Shown here: positions 1-10,724 of the stretch, in pieces
Layout: every line of letters begins with the position of its first letter
Numbering within the stretch: position 1 is the first letter of the stretch
From: Hydrogenophilales bacterium 17-61-9
GTDB taxonomy: Bacteria; Pseudomonadota; Gammaproteobacteria; Burkholderiales; Thiobacillaceae
Length of the DNA stretch: 46,610 nt
Assembly (NCBI GenBank): GCA_002256785.1
Contig: NCIF01000004.1
Span: 1-46,610 of the forward strand
Reading direction: 5' to 3'
Notes under the pieces: generated by a model
What the model saw: the letters and a program-made list of their open reading frames with translations, nothing else
Told to the model about the DNA's origin: nothing
Databases searched by the model: none
Position numbers and translations under genes: made by a program

Positions 1-9
1 GCGAAGTGC

Positions 10-36
10 TAAAGAAGCCAGAGCCGTTGCCGTAAT
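10..36 (+). promoter_or_regulatory. Candidate sigma28 (FliA)-type promoter upstream of pilG
   Basis: TAAA (10-13), 15 nt, GCCGTAAT (29-36); compare the FliA consensus TAAA-N15-GCCGATAA. Confidence 0.4.
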
Positions 37-95
37 GTAAACCACACAAGGGGGTGGCCGTTGCCGCTTGCCCAATGGTCCTCGTGGAGAAACGT

Positions 96-491
96 GTGGA
101 TAACGAAGCATTGAAAGGCGTCAAGGTGATGATCATCGATGACAGCAACACCATACGCCGTAGCGCCGAGATTTTTCTGAACCAGGCGGGCTGTGAGGTC
201 ATCCTGGCGCAGGATGGTTTCGACGCGTTGTCAAAAATCACCGATCACGATCCGGATGTGGTGTTTGTCGACATCATGATGCCGCGTCTCGATGGTTATC
301 AGACCTGCTCGCTGATCAAGCGCAATGCCAAATATCGCACCACGCCCGTGATCATGCTGTCGTCCAAGGATGGCCTGTTCGACCGGGCGCGTGGCCGCAT
401 GGTGGGATCGGATCAGTATCTGACCAAGCCTTTTACCAAGGACACGCTTCTGACGGCAGTGCGCGAGCACGCCAGTGCAGGGGCATTATAG
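96..491 (+). CDS. pilG: Twitching motility response regulator PilG (CheY-like)
   Basis: Receiver domain: IDDSNTIRRSAE, FVDIMMPRLDGY, LSSKDGLFDRARG, LTKPF. Start taken as GTG at 96, after GGAGA (86-90). Confidence 0.93.
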   Translation: MDNEALKGVKVMIIDDSNTIRRSAEIFLNQAGCEVILAQDGFDALSKITDHDPDVVFVDIMMPRLDGYQTCSLIKRNAKYRTTPVIMLSSKDGLFDRARGRMVGSDQYLTKPFTKDTLLTAVREHASAGAL

Positions 492-512
492 ATTTCTCAA
501 GGAGCATAAATT

Positions 513-878
513 ATGGCGATCAGCCGCATTCTGGTTGTAGACGATTCTCCCACCGAACGCTTTTTCCTGTCCGAATTGCTGGTCAAGAACGGCTATCTGG
601 TGAGCATGGCCGAAAGCGGCGAAGAAGCCGTCGCACAGGCCAAGCAAACGCTGCCCGATTTGATCGTGATGGATGTCGTGATGCCGGGAATGAACGGCTA
701 TCAGGCCACGCGCATGATCAGCAAGGAAGATGCGACCAAGCATATCCCCGTCATCATGTGCACCACCAAGGGCCAGGAAACCGACAAGGTATGGGGCATG
801 CGTCAGGGGGCGAAGGCCTATCTGGTCAAGCCGGTGAAACCGGAAGACCTGCTGTCGCAAATCAAGGCATTGGGCTGA
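513..878 (+). CDS. pilH: Twitching motility response regulator PilH
   Basis: Receiver domain: VDDSPTE, MDVVMPGMNGYQATR, TTKGQETDKVWGMRQGA. AAGGAG RBS. Confidence 0.93.
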   Translation: MAISRILVVDDSPTERFFLSELLVKNGYLVSMAESGEEAVAQAKQTLPDLIVMDVVMPGMNGYQATRMISKEDATKHIPVIMCTTKGQETDKVWGMRQGAKAYLVKPVKPEDLLSQIKALG

Positions 879-888
879 GCGGACACGT

Positions 889-1410
889 ATGGCCAAGAAA
901 TTCAATCTGCGCGAATTTCAGACTACGCTTTCGCAGAAACTGCAGGCGGCGGCCAGCCGCGACAATACCGGATCCCGCCTGGGTTTCCGGGTAGGCGATG
1001 CGAATTGGCTGGTAAGCCTCGCCGATACCGAAGAAGTGATACCCGTCCCGCCCATCGTCCAGATGCCGGGCGCCCGGCGGTGGTTTCGCGGCGTGGTCAA
1101 CATTCGCGGCAACCTGTTTGCAGTGAGCGATTTTGCGGACTTCATGGGCCAGGGCGTGACTAAAGATCACGTTGATTGCCGGCTCCTGATTCCTCACCAC
1201 GACTTTGGCGTGAATGCCGCTTTGCTGGTGCGTGGCACGCTGGGATTGAAAAACATCCATCATTTCGAGGAACGCACCGTACCTGCTGCGCACCCCTGGA
1301 TTGCTCGCCAATACGCTGACGACTTGGGAGCCGGCTGGTGCGACATGGATTTTGGGCAATTGCTGGGCAATGCGGAATTTCTCAAGGTTGAGGCCCAGCC
1401 CGGCAATTGA
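889..1410 (+). CDS. pilI: CheW-like coupling protein PilI
   Basis: CheW motif PGARRWFRGVVNIRGNL; lies between pilH and pilJ. Confidence 0.88.
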   Translation: MAKKFNLREFQTTLSQKLQAAASRDNTGSRLGFRVGDANWLVSLADTEEVIPVPPIVQMPGARRWFRGVVNIRGNLFAVSDFADFMGQGVTKDHVDCRLLIPHHDFGVNAALLVRGTLGLKNIHHFEERTVPAAHPWIARQYADDLGAGWCDMDFGQLLGNAEFLKVEAQPGN

Positions 1411-1469
1411 CTGAACATTAAATACGGAGCGCGCTGGCGCTGGAAACTGGGGGGATTGGAGCGATGAAT

Positions 1470-3587
1470 ATGGCAATAACAATGAACGGACTTCTTAAGG
1501 GCCTGGCTGGCCGCATGACCGAAAAGGTCACAGGCAAAACAGGGAGCGAGCACACGACGCTGATTATGCAGACGGTGCGGAAGCTGGCCGACACGGAGCC
1601 CGGCCACGCCCCTTTGATTGGCCGTTTGCCGGTGGAGAAACAATACCTCTACGCAGGTGGCACGCTCATTGTTTCGCTGTTGCTGGCGGCCGGTTTCACC
1701 ATTTACAGTCTGGTTCAGCTCGACAACCGGACCCAGTACGAGGTCAAGTCAGGCGAATTGAAAGTGCTGTCGCAGCGGCTGCCTCTGACGGCACAGCAAT
1801 CCGTTCTGGGTAATGCCGCGGCGTTCAAAAAACTGGCGGAAGGCAAGGCGGTTTTTGAAAAGACCCTGGCGGGTTTGATCGAGGGCGATGACGAAGTTCC
1901 CGCTTCGGGTGGATCGGCTCGCGATACGCTGGGGAAAATCAGCGAACAGTGGAAGAAATTCAATCCGCAGGTCGTGCAGATCCTGTCGCAGCAAAAAAAC
2001 CTGGTGGCGTTGAATGAAAGCATCAGAAGTATTAACGCGCTGAGTACCGATTTGCAGGAAGTCGCCGAGCAACTGGCCAGCCAGCTGGCCGATTCCGGCG
2101 CCAGCGTGCGGGAGGTGTCGCGTGCCAACCACCTGGTGATGCTAAGCCAGCGTCTGCCTAAAAACGCCAACCTGCTGCTGTCGTCTGACCTGATTGACCC
2201 CGAAGTGGTGCTGCAACTCGAAAAAGACACCACCTCGTTCCGCGATACGGTGCAGACTCTGATGAGCGGCACGGCTATTAGAAACAAGGACAGCATGCTG
2301 ACCCTCGAAGATCTGGGTTCAAACATGGGCGACATGGTGGAGGCGGTGGGTGCGGTGCTTGCCAACACGCAGCCGCTGCTGCAATCCAAGCTGGCGGCGA
2401 ACAACTTGTTCGTGGGCAGCGATGCCTTGTTGGCGAATACGGATCAGCTGTCGCAGGATTATCGTGGCGTCGGCGGTCTCGGCTATCTGTTGGCGGCTTC
2501 GTTTGGTCTGTTGGCGCTGGCATCGTTGGTGTTGCTGGGTCTGGTCAACATTAATGAAACCAAATCCCGCGCGCGTAAGAGTGAAGAAGAGAACAACCGG
2601 AACCAGGAGGCGATTCTGCGCCTGATGGATGAACTGGGAGAACTGGCCGAGGGCAACCTCACCATTAACGCCAGTGTGACCGAGGACATCACCGGTGCGG
2701 TGGCCGACTCGATCAACTACACGGTAGAAGAGTTGCGGACACTGGTGCGCGGCATTAACAACGCAACGGTGCAGATGGACCGCGCGGCGGATGCGGCCGG
2801 CCAGGTTTCCGAGTCGCTGCAGCAGGCTTCACGTCGCCAGTCCGAGGAGATTGAAGAGACCTCGGCCGCGGTGGTGAATCTGGCGCAGTCGGTGCAACAG
2901 GTGTCGGGTAACGCCGCTGAGTCCGCCCGCGTGGCCGAACAATCGCTGGCTGCGGCCGAAAAAGGCCAGCAGGCGGTGGCGAACGCCATTTCCAGCATGA
3001 ACGGTCTGCGTGAACAGATCCAGGAAACGTCGAAACGAATCAAGCGTCTGGGCGAGTCGTCGCAGGAAATTGGTGAAATCGTGGAACTGATTTCCGACAT
3101 TACCGAGCAAACCAACGTGCTCGCGCTGAACGCGGCCATTCAGGCGGCCTCTGCCGGTGAAGCCGGACGAGGCTTCTCGGTGGTGGCAGAAGAAGTGCAG
3201 CGGCTGGCAGAACGTTCGGCCGACGCAACCAAGCAGATTGCGGCCATTGTGAAGACGATTCAATCGGATACCCACGATACGGTGGCGGCGATGGAAGTGT
3301 CGACCCAGGGCGTGGTCGAAGGCGCCAAGCTGTCCGATACGGCAGGTCAAACGCTGGCCGAAATTGGCGTCGTGTCGAAGACGCTGGCCGAACTGATTGC
3401 CGACATTTCCGCCGCCACGCAAAGCCAGGCCGAGTCGACTGCCAAGGTGGCTGAAACCATGCAGGACATCAAATCCATTTCGGCACAGACCAGCAGCGGA
3501 ACACAGCAAACGGCTGAGTCGATCGGGGGCATGAAACAGCTGGCTCAGGACCTCAAGAACTCGGTGTCGGGCTTCAAGCTTGCCTGA
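1470..3587 (+). CDS. pilJ: Methyl-accepting chemotaxis protein PilJ
   Basis: Two TM segments and the MCP hairpin [37 protein letters not shown]. Start 1470 chosen by RBS spacing; the ORF track gives 1464. Confidence 0.92.
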   Translation: MAITMNGLLKGLAGRMTEKVTGKTGSEHTTLIMQTVRKLADTEPGHAPLIGRLPVEKQYLYAGGTLIVSLLLAAGFTIYSLVQLDNRTQYEVKSGELKVLSQRLPLTAQQSVLGNAAAFKKLAEGKAVFEKTLAGLIEGDDEVPASGGSARDTLGKISEQWKKFNPQVVQILSQQKNLVALNESIRSINALSTDLQEVAEQLASQLADSGASVREVSRANHLVMLSQRLPKNANLLLSSDLIDPEVVLQLEKDTTSFRDTVQTLMSGTAIRNKDSMLTLEDLGSNMGDMVEAVGAVLANTQPLLQSKLAANNLFVGSDALLANTDQLSQDYRGVGGLGYLLAASFGLLALASLVLLGLVNINETKSRARKSEEENNRNQEAILRLMDELGELAEGNLTINASVTEDITGAVADSINYTVEELRTLVRGINNATVQMDRAADAAGQVSESLQQASRRQSEEIEETSAAVVNLAQSVQQVSGNAAESARVAEQSLAAAEKGQQAVANAISSMNGLREQIQETSKRIKRLGESSQEIGEIVELISDITEQTNVLALNAAIQAASAGEAGRGFSVVAEEVQRLAERSADATKQIAAIVKTIQSDTHDTVAAMEVSTQGVVEGAKLSDTAGQTLAEIGVVSKTLAELIADISAATQSQAESTAKVAETMQDIKSISAQTSSGTQQTAESIGGMKQLAQDLKNSVSGFKLA

Positions 3588-3656
3588 ACGGACTGACGAC
3601 AACCTGAACGGGCGGCCGATCACGGCCACCGCCATCAACCTCGGGAATCACACACC

Positions 3657-6600
3657 ATGAGCGCCATCCTCGATTACGATACCGGCCCGTTGAACTGGGT
3701 GCGCGGTGACATCGACGCCGCCCTGCAAGCCGCTTTGGGGCGTGTGCAGGCTTACAGCGTCGATGCCGACCTGACCAATGCACTGCGACTGGCGGGCGAC
3801 GATGCGCACCAGGTGACGGGCGCATTGCGCATGGTTGGACTGGAAGGCGCCGCCACCCTGGCGGGTGCGCTGGAGTCTTGTCTGCTTGATGTCAATGAAA
3901 ACCGCTTGAATGCCAGCGACGATTTGTTGCGCGCGCTGCGCAATGCCATGGAAGGCTTGCAGCGCTGGGTGAAAGATCTGGCAGACGGACGCGGTAGCGG
4001 TGAACTGGCGCTGTTCCCGCTCTACAAAAGGCTGCGTGAATTGCAGGGCGCCGAACGGGTGTTCGAAGGCGAACTTTTTTTCCCGGATTTACGGTCGGGC
4101 GTGCAGGCCAGGGCAGCCAGCGATGGCCTGACACAGGAGGCGTTGGCTGCCGCAGTCAAAATTGCGCGTGCGCAGTTTCAGCGCGGTCTGCTGGCTTTTT
4201 TGCGGAACGTTGACGCTGGGCAAGGTCTCCAGCGCATGCGGGATGCGTTGGCCACCATTGAAAGCATCGCACCTTCGCAAGCGTCGCAAACCTTTTGGTG
4301 GGCATGCGTCGGATTCGTCGATAGCCTGATGGCTCGCGGTGTGGAAGCCGATTTTCATGTGAAGCAGTTGCTGGCGCGTGTGGACCTGCAAATGCGCCGG
4401 TTGATGGAAGGTTCGCCTCAGGTTGCCGAGCGCCTGATGCGCGATGCCTTGTTCTTTATTGCAAAAAGCGAAGCGCTGGAAGGACGTGCCGCGGAAATCC
4501 GTTCCAGGTTTGGTCTTGATCGCTATCTGCCTGGCCGCGGCATGCTGGACCCGGAAGCCCTGGCGCGCATGCGCCCGGTACTGGACGCCCTGCAAGCGGG
4601 CTTGAAAGCTGCGCGCGACAATTGGCATGGGTTCGTGGAAGGCCATGCTGAACAGCTGGAGCAGTTTACGACGCAGTTGGTGCGTATGCAGCCACAGGCA
4701 AACAGCCTGGAGAACAGCGGCCTGTCGAGCCTGCTGGATGAACTGGGCGCGGCGGCGCTGGCTGCGGCCGGAAGCGTGGGCGAAGCACGCGAACAAATGA
4801 ACCTGGAAGTGGCTTCCACCTTGTTGTTCATGCAAAACGCCGTCAATCAGGAAGATATTCTTCACACGGATTTCGCCGCGCGTGCGGGAGGGCAGCAGGC
4901 GCGTTTGCGCGCCCTGATCGAAGGCCGCGAGATGCCGGTCAATGTTGAAAGCGAGGCAAGCCAGCGCGAATCTGAGCGCGCTATGCTGGTGCAAATGGCT
5001 CAGGAAGTGGGTCAGAATCTGCGTCAGATTGAAGAAGCGCTGGATGCCTTTTTCCGCGATTGCGATGACCGCGAGGCGCTGGCTAATCTGCCTGCCTTGT
5101 CGCAGCAGGCAGAAGGCGCACTCACCATGCTTGAGTTGCCCGATGCCGCCAGCCTGCTGGCTGCCGCCACAACGGTGGCGTATCCGTTTGCAAAGGAAGG
5201 CGAGCCAGATGAGGCGACTCAGCAGAAGTTGGCCGACGCCTTCTCCAGCCTGGGTTTGTTTATTGAATCCTATTGTGCCGGGCGTGCGGATGCCGCCCGG
5301 ATACTGCGCCCGGTTTTGATCGACTTTGGCATCCTCGAGGCCGATAGCCCCGACGGCGATGCGTTGGGTGAAACGATAGAGTCGGGCTTGCCCGCTCGCA
5401 AGGAAGGGGTGCAGGCGACTTATCTTGATTGGCAAGCGCAGCCGGACGAGGGCGCAAAAAAAAAATATCTTGAGGCGCTGACTGAGCTCAGCCGTGATGC
5501 TGAGCTGATCGATGACGGCATACTGAAGCAAAAAACAGGTGCTGTACTGGATGCCAGCCGCGATTTGGCGGAGGCGACGCCTGAACTGGATGCCGCGGTC
5601 GCCGCCCTGACCGGGCTGGCCGTCCCCGAGCGGGCTGAGGTTGAAGCACGGGCGATGCAGGACACGACCGGCGCCTGGCCGACAGGGCCGGTTGAGGCGG
5701 CGCTGGAATGTGCCGGGCACGTCGATGACACGCCTCACGTTGAAATTAACGTGGCTGAAGTCGATGTGGAAGGTGAAGAACTGCCACTCAGCACGCTTGA
5801 AATGGATCAGGCGGAAGCCATTCTGGCGACAGCGCAGTCCCTGCCCGTAGCCGAAGCGGCAAGCGCACCCGTCGACGCCGAATGGGTGAGCACGACCATT
5901 CCAGAGGGAGTTGAGCTGGAGCTCCTGGAGATTTTTCTGGAAGAAGCCAACGAGGTGCTGGCCGCCATCGGCGATGCCGGGACGCACTGTCAGAGCAATC
6001 CGGACGACCACGAATCATTGACTGTCATTCGCCGCGGATTCCACACCTTGAAGGGTAGCGGCCGCATGGTCAATTTGATCGAGCTGGGCGATGTGGCCTG
6101 GCGCCTTGAGCAACTGATGAACAGCTGGCTGGGTGAAAAGAAGCCCGCCAATAGCGCCCTGCTGGATGTCATCGGTCATGCGCGCGGTCTGTTTCAGGAT
6201 TGGGTCGATGCGCTGCAGGCGGACCAGTCGGTGGCATTGCCCGTTCCCGCATTGCTTGCCGCTGTTGAACGTGTTGACCATGGACAGGCGCCCGATTTCA
6301 TACCCGAACAGGCAAGCGCTCAAGCCGCCCCCAGCCAGGCGGACGCGCGCGTTGTCGAGCATGCGCCGTTGAATGAATTGCACGGCCTGGAACTCGACTT
6401 TGGAACCGCGTCTGAGCCGGTGCCGGTAGTCACCCCCGGTCAGCAAGATGCGCTTGCCGGGCTTGAGAACAATGCTGATCCGGATAACGAAATCAGCCTT
6501 GACGAACCGGTTGCTGAAGCGCTGGCAGCGTTTGAAGCCGCAGTTGTCGATGACATCGTGGACGCGGATCCCGGGCTGGATGTCGGCGCACTGGTTGAAT

Positions 6601-9530
6601 ATGCAGTAGCGCCCGAGGCGCCGGCTTTGCCCGATGAGGTTTGCATTGGACCGGTGTGTGTGTCCAGCAACCTGTATGAAATTTTCATGGTCGAGGCGCA
6701 TCAACGTCTGGCGGTATTGCAGGAAGAATCCGAGCGCCTCGCCGAAGCGGTTAACAGTACGGTCAGCGAGCACGCGCGCCGGGCCATCCACACGCTGGGC
6801 GGCATTGCGGGTACGGCAGGCATCACGAATCTGGCCGATTTATCGTATGCATTCGAGCAGTACTGGAATCGATTTGTGCATGCGCCGATGCCAGCCGCGC
6901 ACTTGCCGCTGGTCGACGACACCGTAGCGCGCCTGCATGAAATGATTACGACCATTGAGGCGGGTCAACTGCCTGAATCAGCGAGTGATCTGATCGCGAC
7001 ATTGGGCGAACTGGAAGACGAACAAATCACGCCGGTTGCAGAACCCGTCACGGAAGTGTTCGAGCCGGAAGCAACCATGGTGGAAGCGATTCAGGATGCC
7101 GGCGAGCCTGCGCCTGTCGGGTCGGTCAGCCCTGCTGAAGCGGCGCGCGACGTATTTGACGTCAGCGCACTGGTGTCCGAGATCAAAGCAGCTACGCCAG
7201 CGCCGGTATTCGAGCGGCGCGATGTGGCGGATGACATTGACGAGCAGCTCCTGCCTATCTTTATCGAGGAAGCTGAAACACTGGTGCCGGATACCAGCGC
7301 GCAACTGCGCGCCTGGAAAGTGGCACCTGGGGATATCCCGGCGCGTGATGCGCTGCAGCGCAGCCTTCATACCATCAAAGGCAGCGCCCGCATGGTGGGC
7401 GCGATGCGCCTGGGCGAACTGACCCACGTGATGGAATCGCGAGTGGTCGCAGTGATCGAAGGTCATCTGTCGGCAAGTCCCGACGTTTTCGATACGCTTG
7501 AAGCGCAACTCGACCGTTTGGCCGATACGGTCGATCGTCTGAAACAGGGCGACTTCACGCCGCTGGCGGAAGACGCGTCAACGCCGGTCGCGTCGCCCAT
7601 TGAGCCGACGCTTTCCTTGTTTGAAGAGGCGGAACTGCTGCGGACGCCGATTGCAAGGCAGCTTGAAGCGCCGTCACAAGCGGCGACGCGCGACAACGCT
7701 GCGCTGACCTTGCGGGTGCGCGCCGACTGGGTTGACCGGATGGTTAACCAGGCGGGCGAAGTGGCGATTTCGCGTTCGCGGATTGAAAGCGAAGTGTTCG
7801 CTTTCAAACGTCACGTCAATGAATTGTCCGAGGCGCTGTTGCGCTTGCGCGGCCATATCCGTGAAGTCGAGATCCAGGCCGAGTCGCAGATGCAGGCAAC
7901 CTTCCAGACCCAGGGCGTGGCTGAACAATTTGACCCGCTGGAGTTCGACCGTTTTACCCGCTTCCAGGAAGTCACCCGGTTCCTTGCCGAGAGCGTGAAC
8001 GATATTTCCACGGTGCAGCATATTCTGCTGGCCCGCCTGGGTGAGACCGATGCAGCGCTGATCCAGCAATCGCGCCTTAACCGCGAACTGCAGCAGAACC
8101 TGTTGCGGGTACGGATGGTGCCGCTGAACTCGGTCTCCGATCGTTTGTATCGCACCGTGCGGCAAACTGCGCGCGATGTGAACAAGCGGGCGCAGCTCGA
8201 TATTCAGGGCGGCGATCTGGAGATCGACCGCTCGGTACTGGAAAAGGTGACTGCACCATTGGAGCACTTGCTGCGTAACGCGCTGGCACACGGGGTTGAA
8301 ACGCCCGAAGCGCGCCGTGCGGCGGGTAAAATCGAATTCGGTGAAATCGTGCTGTCGGCGCGCCAGTCCGGAAACGAAATGCTGTTGACGGTGAAAGATG
8401 ACGGCGCGGGCCTCAACTACACCCGCATCCGCGAAAAAGCCGAAGCCGCCGGATTGTTGCAGCCCGGTGTCGAGCCCACTGAAACGCTGCTGGCACAGAT
8501 GATTTTCGCGGCGGGTTTCACGACGGCCGAAACCGTGAGCCAGGTTGCCGGCCGCGGTGTGGGCATGGATGTGGTTAAAAGCGAAATCGCCGCGCTGGGC
8601 GGACGCATCGATATTGCCTCGACCGCCGGCGCTGGAACCGCTTTCCACATCTATTTGCCGCTGACGCTCGCCATGACGCAGGCTGTCATGATTCAGGCGG
8701 CCAAGCACGATTACGCCCTGCCGACACCCCTGGTGCAGCAGGTGCTTGAACTCAAGCCGGCCGAGCTGGAACAGGCCATGATCAACGGCGTGGTGACGTG
8801 GCGGGGTACCGACTATCCGTTCTCGTACTTACCGCATTTGCTGGGCGACACTGAGGCTGTGCATGAAGTCCAGCGCTACAACCCGGTGGTCCTGCTGCAA
8901 AGCGGCGCCAGCCAGGCCGCTGTGCTGGTCGACTCGATCGAGGGAACGCGCGAAATTGTGGTCAAGAACATCGGCCCGCAAATGGCGCGTATTACCGGCG
9001 TGGTCGGCGCAACCGTTCGCGGCGATGGACGCGTGATCCTGATCATGAATCCGGTGCCCCTGGCGTTGCGCTGGGTCAATCAGCCGCGTGCTGACCTGGA
9101 ACGCAAAGCGCCGGCGGAAGCGGTTGAAGTCAGCCTGGCCTTGCAGCCGCCGATGATCCTGGTGGTGGACGACTCGCTCACGGTGCGCAAAATCACGACC
9201 CGTCTGTTGACGCGGGAAGGCTTCCGCGTCGACAGCGCGAAGGATGGCGTTGACGCGCTGGAGAAAATGCACGATCTGGTTCCGGACGTGGTGCTGCTCG
9301 ACGTCGAAATGCCGCGCATGGATGGTTTCGAACTGGCACGCGTGATGCGCAGCGATGCGCGTCTGAAGTCGGTTCCGATCATCATGATTACTTCGCGTAC
9401 GGCAGATAAACACCGGAATCACGCGCTGGAAATCGGCGTCAACGTCTATCTGGGCAAACCGTATCAGGAGCAGCAGTTGCTCGACAGTATTGCCGGACAA
9501 CTCGAGCAGCGTGAGGTCGTTCAGGCGTAA
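3657..9530 (+). CDS. chpA: Chemosensory hybrid histidine kinase ChpA/PilL (multi-Hpt, CheA-like HATPase, CheW, receiver)
   Basis: Hpt motifs HQVTGAL, FHTLKGSG, IHTLGG, LHTIKGSA; N-box EHLLRNALAHG; DDGAG; GRGVGMDVV; C-terminal receiver VVDDSLTVR...LLDVEMPRMDG. Confidence 0.93.
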   Translation: MSAILDYDTGPLNWVRGDIDAALQAALGRVQAYSVDADLTNALRLAGDDAHQVTGALRMVGLEGAATLAGALESCLLDVNENRLNASDDLLRALRNAMEGLQRWVKDLADGRGSGELALFPLYKRLRELQGAERVFEGELFFPDLRSGVQARAASDGLTQEALAAAVKIARAQFQRGLLAFLRNVDAGQGLQRMRDALATIESIAPSQASQTFWWACVGFVDSLMARGVEADFHVKQLLARVDLQMRRLMEGSPQVAERLMRDALFFIAKSEALEGRAAEIRSRFGLDRYLPGRGMLDPEALARMRPVLDALQAGLKAARDNWHGFVEGHAEQLEQFTTQLVRMQPQANSLENSGLSSLLDELGAAALAAAGSVGEAREQMNLEVASTLLFMQNAVNQEDILHTDFAARAGGQQARLRALIEGREMPVNVESEASQRESERAMLVQMAQEVGQNLRQIEEALDAFFRDCDDREALANLPALSQQAEGALTMLELPDAASLLAAATTVAYPFAKEGEPDEATQQKLADAFSSLGLFIESYCAGRADAARILRPVLIDFGILEADSPDGDALGETIESGLPARKEGVQATYLDWQAQPDEGAKKKYLEALTELSRDAELIDDGILKQKTGAVLDASRDLAEATPELDAAVAALTGLAVPERAEVEARAMQDTTGAWPTGPVEAALECAGHVDDTPHVEINVAEVDVEGEELPLSTLEMDQAEAILATAQSLPVAEAASAPVDAEWVSTTIPEGVELELLEIFLEEANEVLAAIGDAGTHCQSNPDDHESLTVIRRGFHTLKGSGRMVNLIELGDVAWRLEQLMNSWLGEKKPANSALLDVIGHARGLFQDWVDALQADQSVALPVPALLAAVERVDHGQAPDFIPEQASAQAAPSQADARVVEHAPLNELHGLELDFGTASEPVPVVTPGQQDALAGLENNADPDNEISLDEPVAEALAAFEAAVVDDIVDADPGLDVGALVEYAVAPEAPALPDEVCIGPVCVSSNLYEIFMVEAHQRLAVLQEESERLAEAVNSTVSEHARRAIHTLGGIAGTAGITNLADLSYAFEQYWNRFVHAPMPAAHLPLVDDTVARLHEMITTIEAGQLPESASDLIATLGELEDEQITPVAEPVTEVFEPEATMVEAIQDAGEPAPVGSVSPAEAARDVFDVSALVSEIKAATPAPVFERRDVADDIDEQLLPIFIEEAETLVPDTSAQLRAWKVAPGDIPARDALQRSLHTIKGSARMVGAMRLGELTHVMESRVVAVIEGHLSASPDVFDTLEAQLDRLADTVDRLKQGDFTPLAEDASTPVASPIEPTLSLFEEAELLRTPIARQLEAPSQAATRDNAALTLRVRADWVDRMVNQAGEVAISRSRIESEVFAFKRHVNELSEALLRLRGHIREVEIQAESQMQATFQTQGVAEQFDPLEFDRFTRFQEVTRFLAESVNDISTVQHILLARLGETDAALIQQSRLNRELQQNLLRVRMVPLNSVSDRLYRTVRQTARDVNKRAQLDIQGGDLEIDRSVLEKVTAPLEHLLRNALAHGVETPEARRAAGKIEFGEIVLSARQSGNEMLLTVKDDGAGLNYTRIREKAEAAGLLQPGVEPTETLLAQMIFAAGFTTAETVSQVAGRGVGMDVVKSEIAALGGRIDIASTAGAGTAFHIYLPLTLAMTQAVMIQAAKHDYALPTPLVQQVLELKPAELEQAMINGVVTWRGTDYPFSYLPHLLGDTEAVHEVQRYNPVVLLQSGASQAAVLVDSIEGTREIVVKNIGPQMARITGVVGATVRGDGRVILIMNPVPLALRWVNQPRADLERKAPAEAVEVSLALQPPMILVVDDSLTVRKITTRLLTREGFRVDSAKDGVDALEKMHDLVPDVVLLDVEMPRMDGFELARVMRSDARLKSVPIIMITSRTADKHRNHALEIGVNVYLGKPYQEQQLLDSIAGQLEQREVVQA

Positions 9531-9536
9531 TTGCCG

Positions 9537-10592
9537 CTAGCGTTTCAAGCTGGCCAAATCGCTGCCTGCGAGGCAGCTGAGGTTTGCGTCACCCGTGGCC
9601 GCATCGCTGTGAAACGTGGTCATCAGTTGCCGGGCCGCTTGCATCCAGTGGGCTTCCGCTGCCGCCACCACTATGGCCAGCCTTGCCGTGTCATGGTCGG
9701 CCAGCCATGCTTCATAAGCTTGCGGCAGTGCCGGAAAAAGGGCGCGCCGCAAGCCGGAAAAATTGGCCAGATAAAAATGCAATGAACCCAGGGCTTCGCG
9801 TTCGAGGAGCGTCGGCAGCGTCACCATGCAGTCGGCCAGGTGGTCGCGCACCGCGCGCGCCAGCAGTTCGGCATGTTTGGAACTGAGTTGGACCAGCATC
9901 GTGTTCCAGTCTTCGCCCAGCAGCCGTTCCGCGCGGGCTTCGCCAATTTCGTGAAGGATCATCGCTTCACTTTCGGCCGCTTCCATGCGGTCGAGTCCGC
10001 GTTCAACGCCATGCCCGAAATCGTAATAGGTAAACGCACGCCCCAGTGCGGTGTCTTTTTCCTGCCATTGCCACTCTTCGTACTTGTTCCACAGCAGGCG
10101 TCGGACTGCGTCCATACGCAGGAAGATGGCGCCATCCCGCATCGCGGCGGGGGGCGCAATCAGGTCGCGCGCATATTCGCAGCCCGCCACCAGAATCTGC
10201 ATGCCTTCCCGGATTTCAGAACGCTTGAGTTCGGCCAGTACAAAGTGGGGTTTGCGGAAACGCCCCAGCCCGCTGCTGTAAACCAGGCCCAGCGGCATCA
10301 AGGCGCGGTTAACGTCATTGGCCTCGAATGGGTCGATGTCGGCAGTACTGAATGGCAGTGGCGCAAACTCGTCCGTTTCAACGGCATCCCACAGGCTTTC
10401 GCGTGCATTCAGCCAGTCGCCGAGTTCATCGTTGGGCAAGCGCGCGCCGTAAGGAATTTCCATTTCCCAGCGGTAGTACTCGCGCATTTCCAGCAGAAAG
10501 GTGCAAATCGTCATGTCGCGCGCGTGTCGCGCGTCGGCGATGGTGCAATTCTTTTGTACGGTGTCGATGAGGGCGGAAAGGTTTTCAAGCAT
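9537..10592 (-). CDS. Conserved hypothetical protein, Sfum_1244-like family
   Basis: N-terminus VQKNCTIADARHA...ICTFLLEMREYYRWE, plus G(L)GRFRKPHFVLA, ILHEIGE and ARAVRDHLADC, resembles the Sfum_1244 family as I recall it. Start at ATG 10592 after GGGAG. Confidence 0.7.
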   Translation of the reverse strand: MLENLSALIDTVQKNCTIADARHARDMTICTFLLEMREYYRWEMEIPYGARLPNDELGDWLNARESLWDAVETDEFAPLPFSTADIDPFEANDVNRALMPLGLVYSSGLGRFRKPHFVLAELKRSEIREGMQILVAGCEYARDLIAPPAAMRDGAIFLRMDAVRRLLWNKYEEWQWQEKDTALGRAFTYYDFGHGVERGLDRMEAAESEAMILHEIGEARAERLLGEDWNTMLVQLSSKHAELLARAVRDHLADCMVTLPTLLEREALGSLHFYLANFSGLRRALFPALPQAYEAWLADHDTARLAIVVAAAEAHWMQAARQLMTTFHSDAATGDANLSCLAGSDLASLKR

Positions 10593-10629
10593 GTACGACT
10601 CCCGGCAACAGCTCCACCTCGAAGTGTAC

Positions 10630-10668
10630 AAAGAAAAACAGCCCGATCAATCTATCTTTCACGGGCTG
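10630..10668 (-). terminator. Possible intrinsic terminator after the helical-repeat gene
   Basis: On the minus strand: CAGCCCG, 16 nt, CGGGCTG, then TTTTTCTTT. The loop is large, and the element overlaps a possible TTGATC-16-TACACT promoter for the next gene. Confidence 0.35.
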
Positions 10669-10724
10669 CGATGGGGGGATAGCTTTATGCCTGGCGCGGC
10701 AGCGCCGATCAACCAGGCCGCTGG

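Noticed and set aside
3583-3611. CCTGAACGG direct repeat after pilJ
   Set aside because: It is only 9 bp with two copies, which is compatible with chance.
4089-6011. Long antisense or alternate-frame ORFs (e.g. 4089-6011, 10914-12620, 13441-14859, 23867-25834, 36577-38433)
   Set aside because: They shadow well-supported genes in GC-rich DNA and have no recognisable motifs.
5600-7200. Acidic Ala/Pro/Glu-rich stretches in chpA and the absence of pilK/chpB
   Set aside because: Low-complexity linkers between Hpt domains are normal, and reduced Pil-Chp clusters are common in betaproteobacteria.
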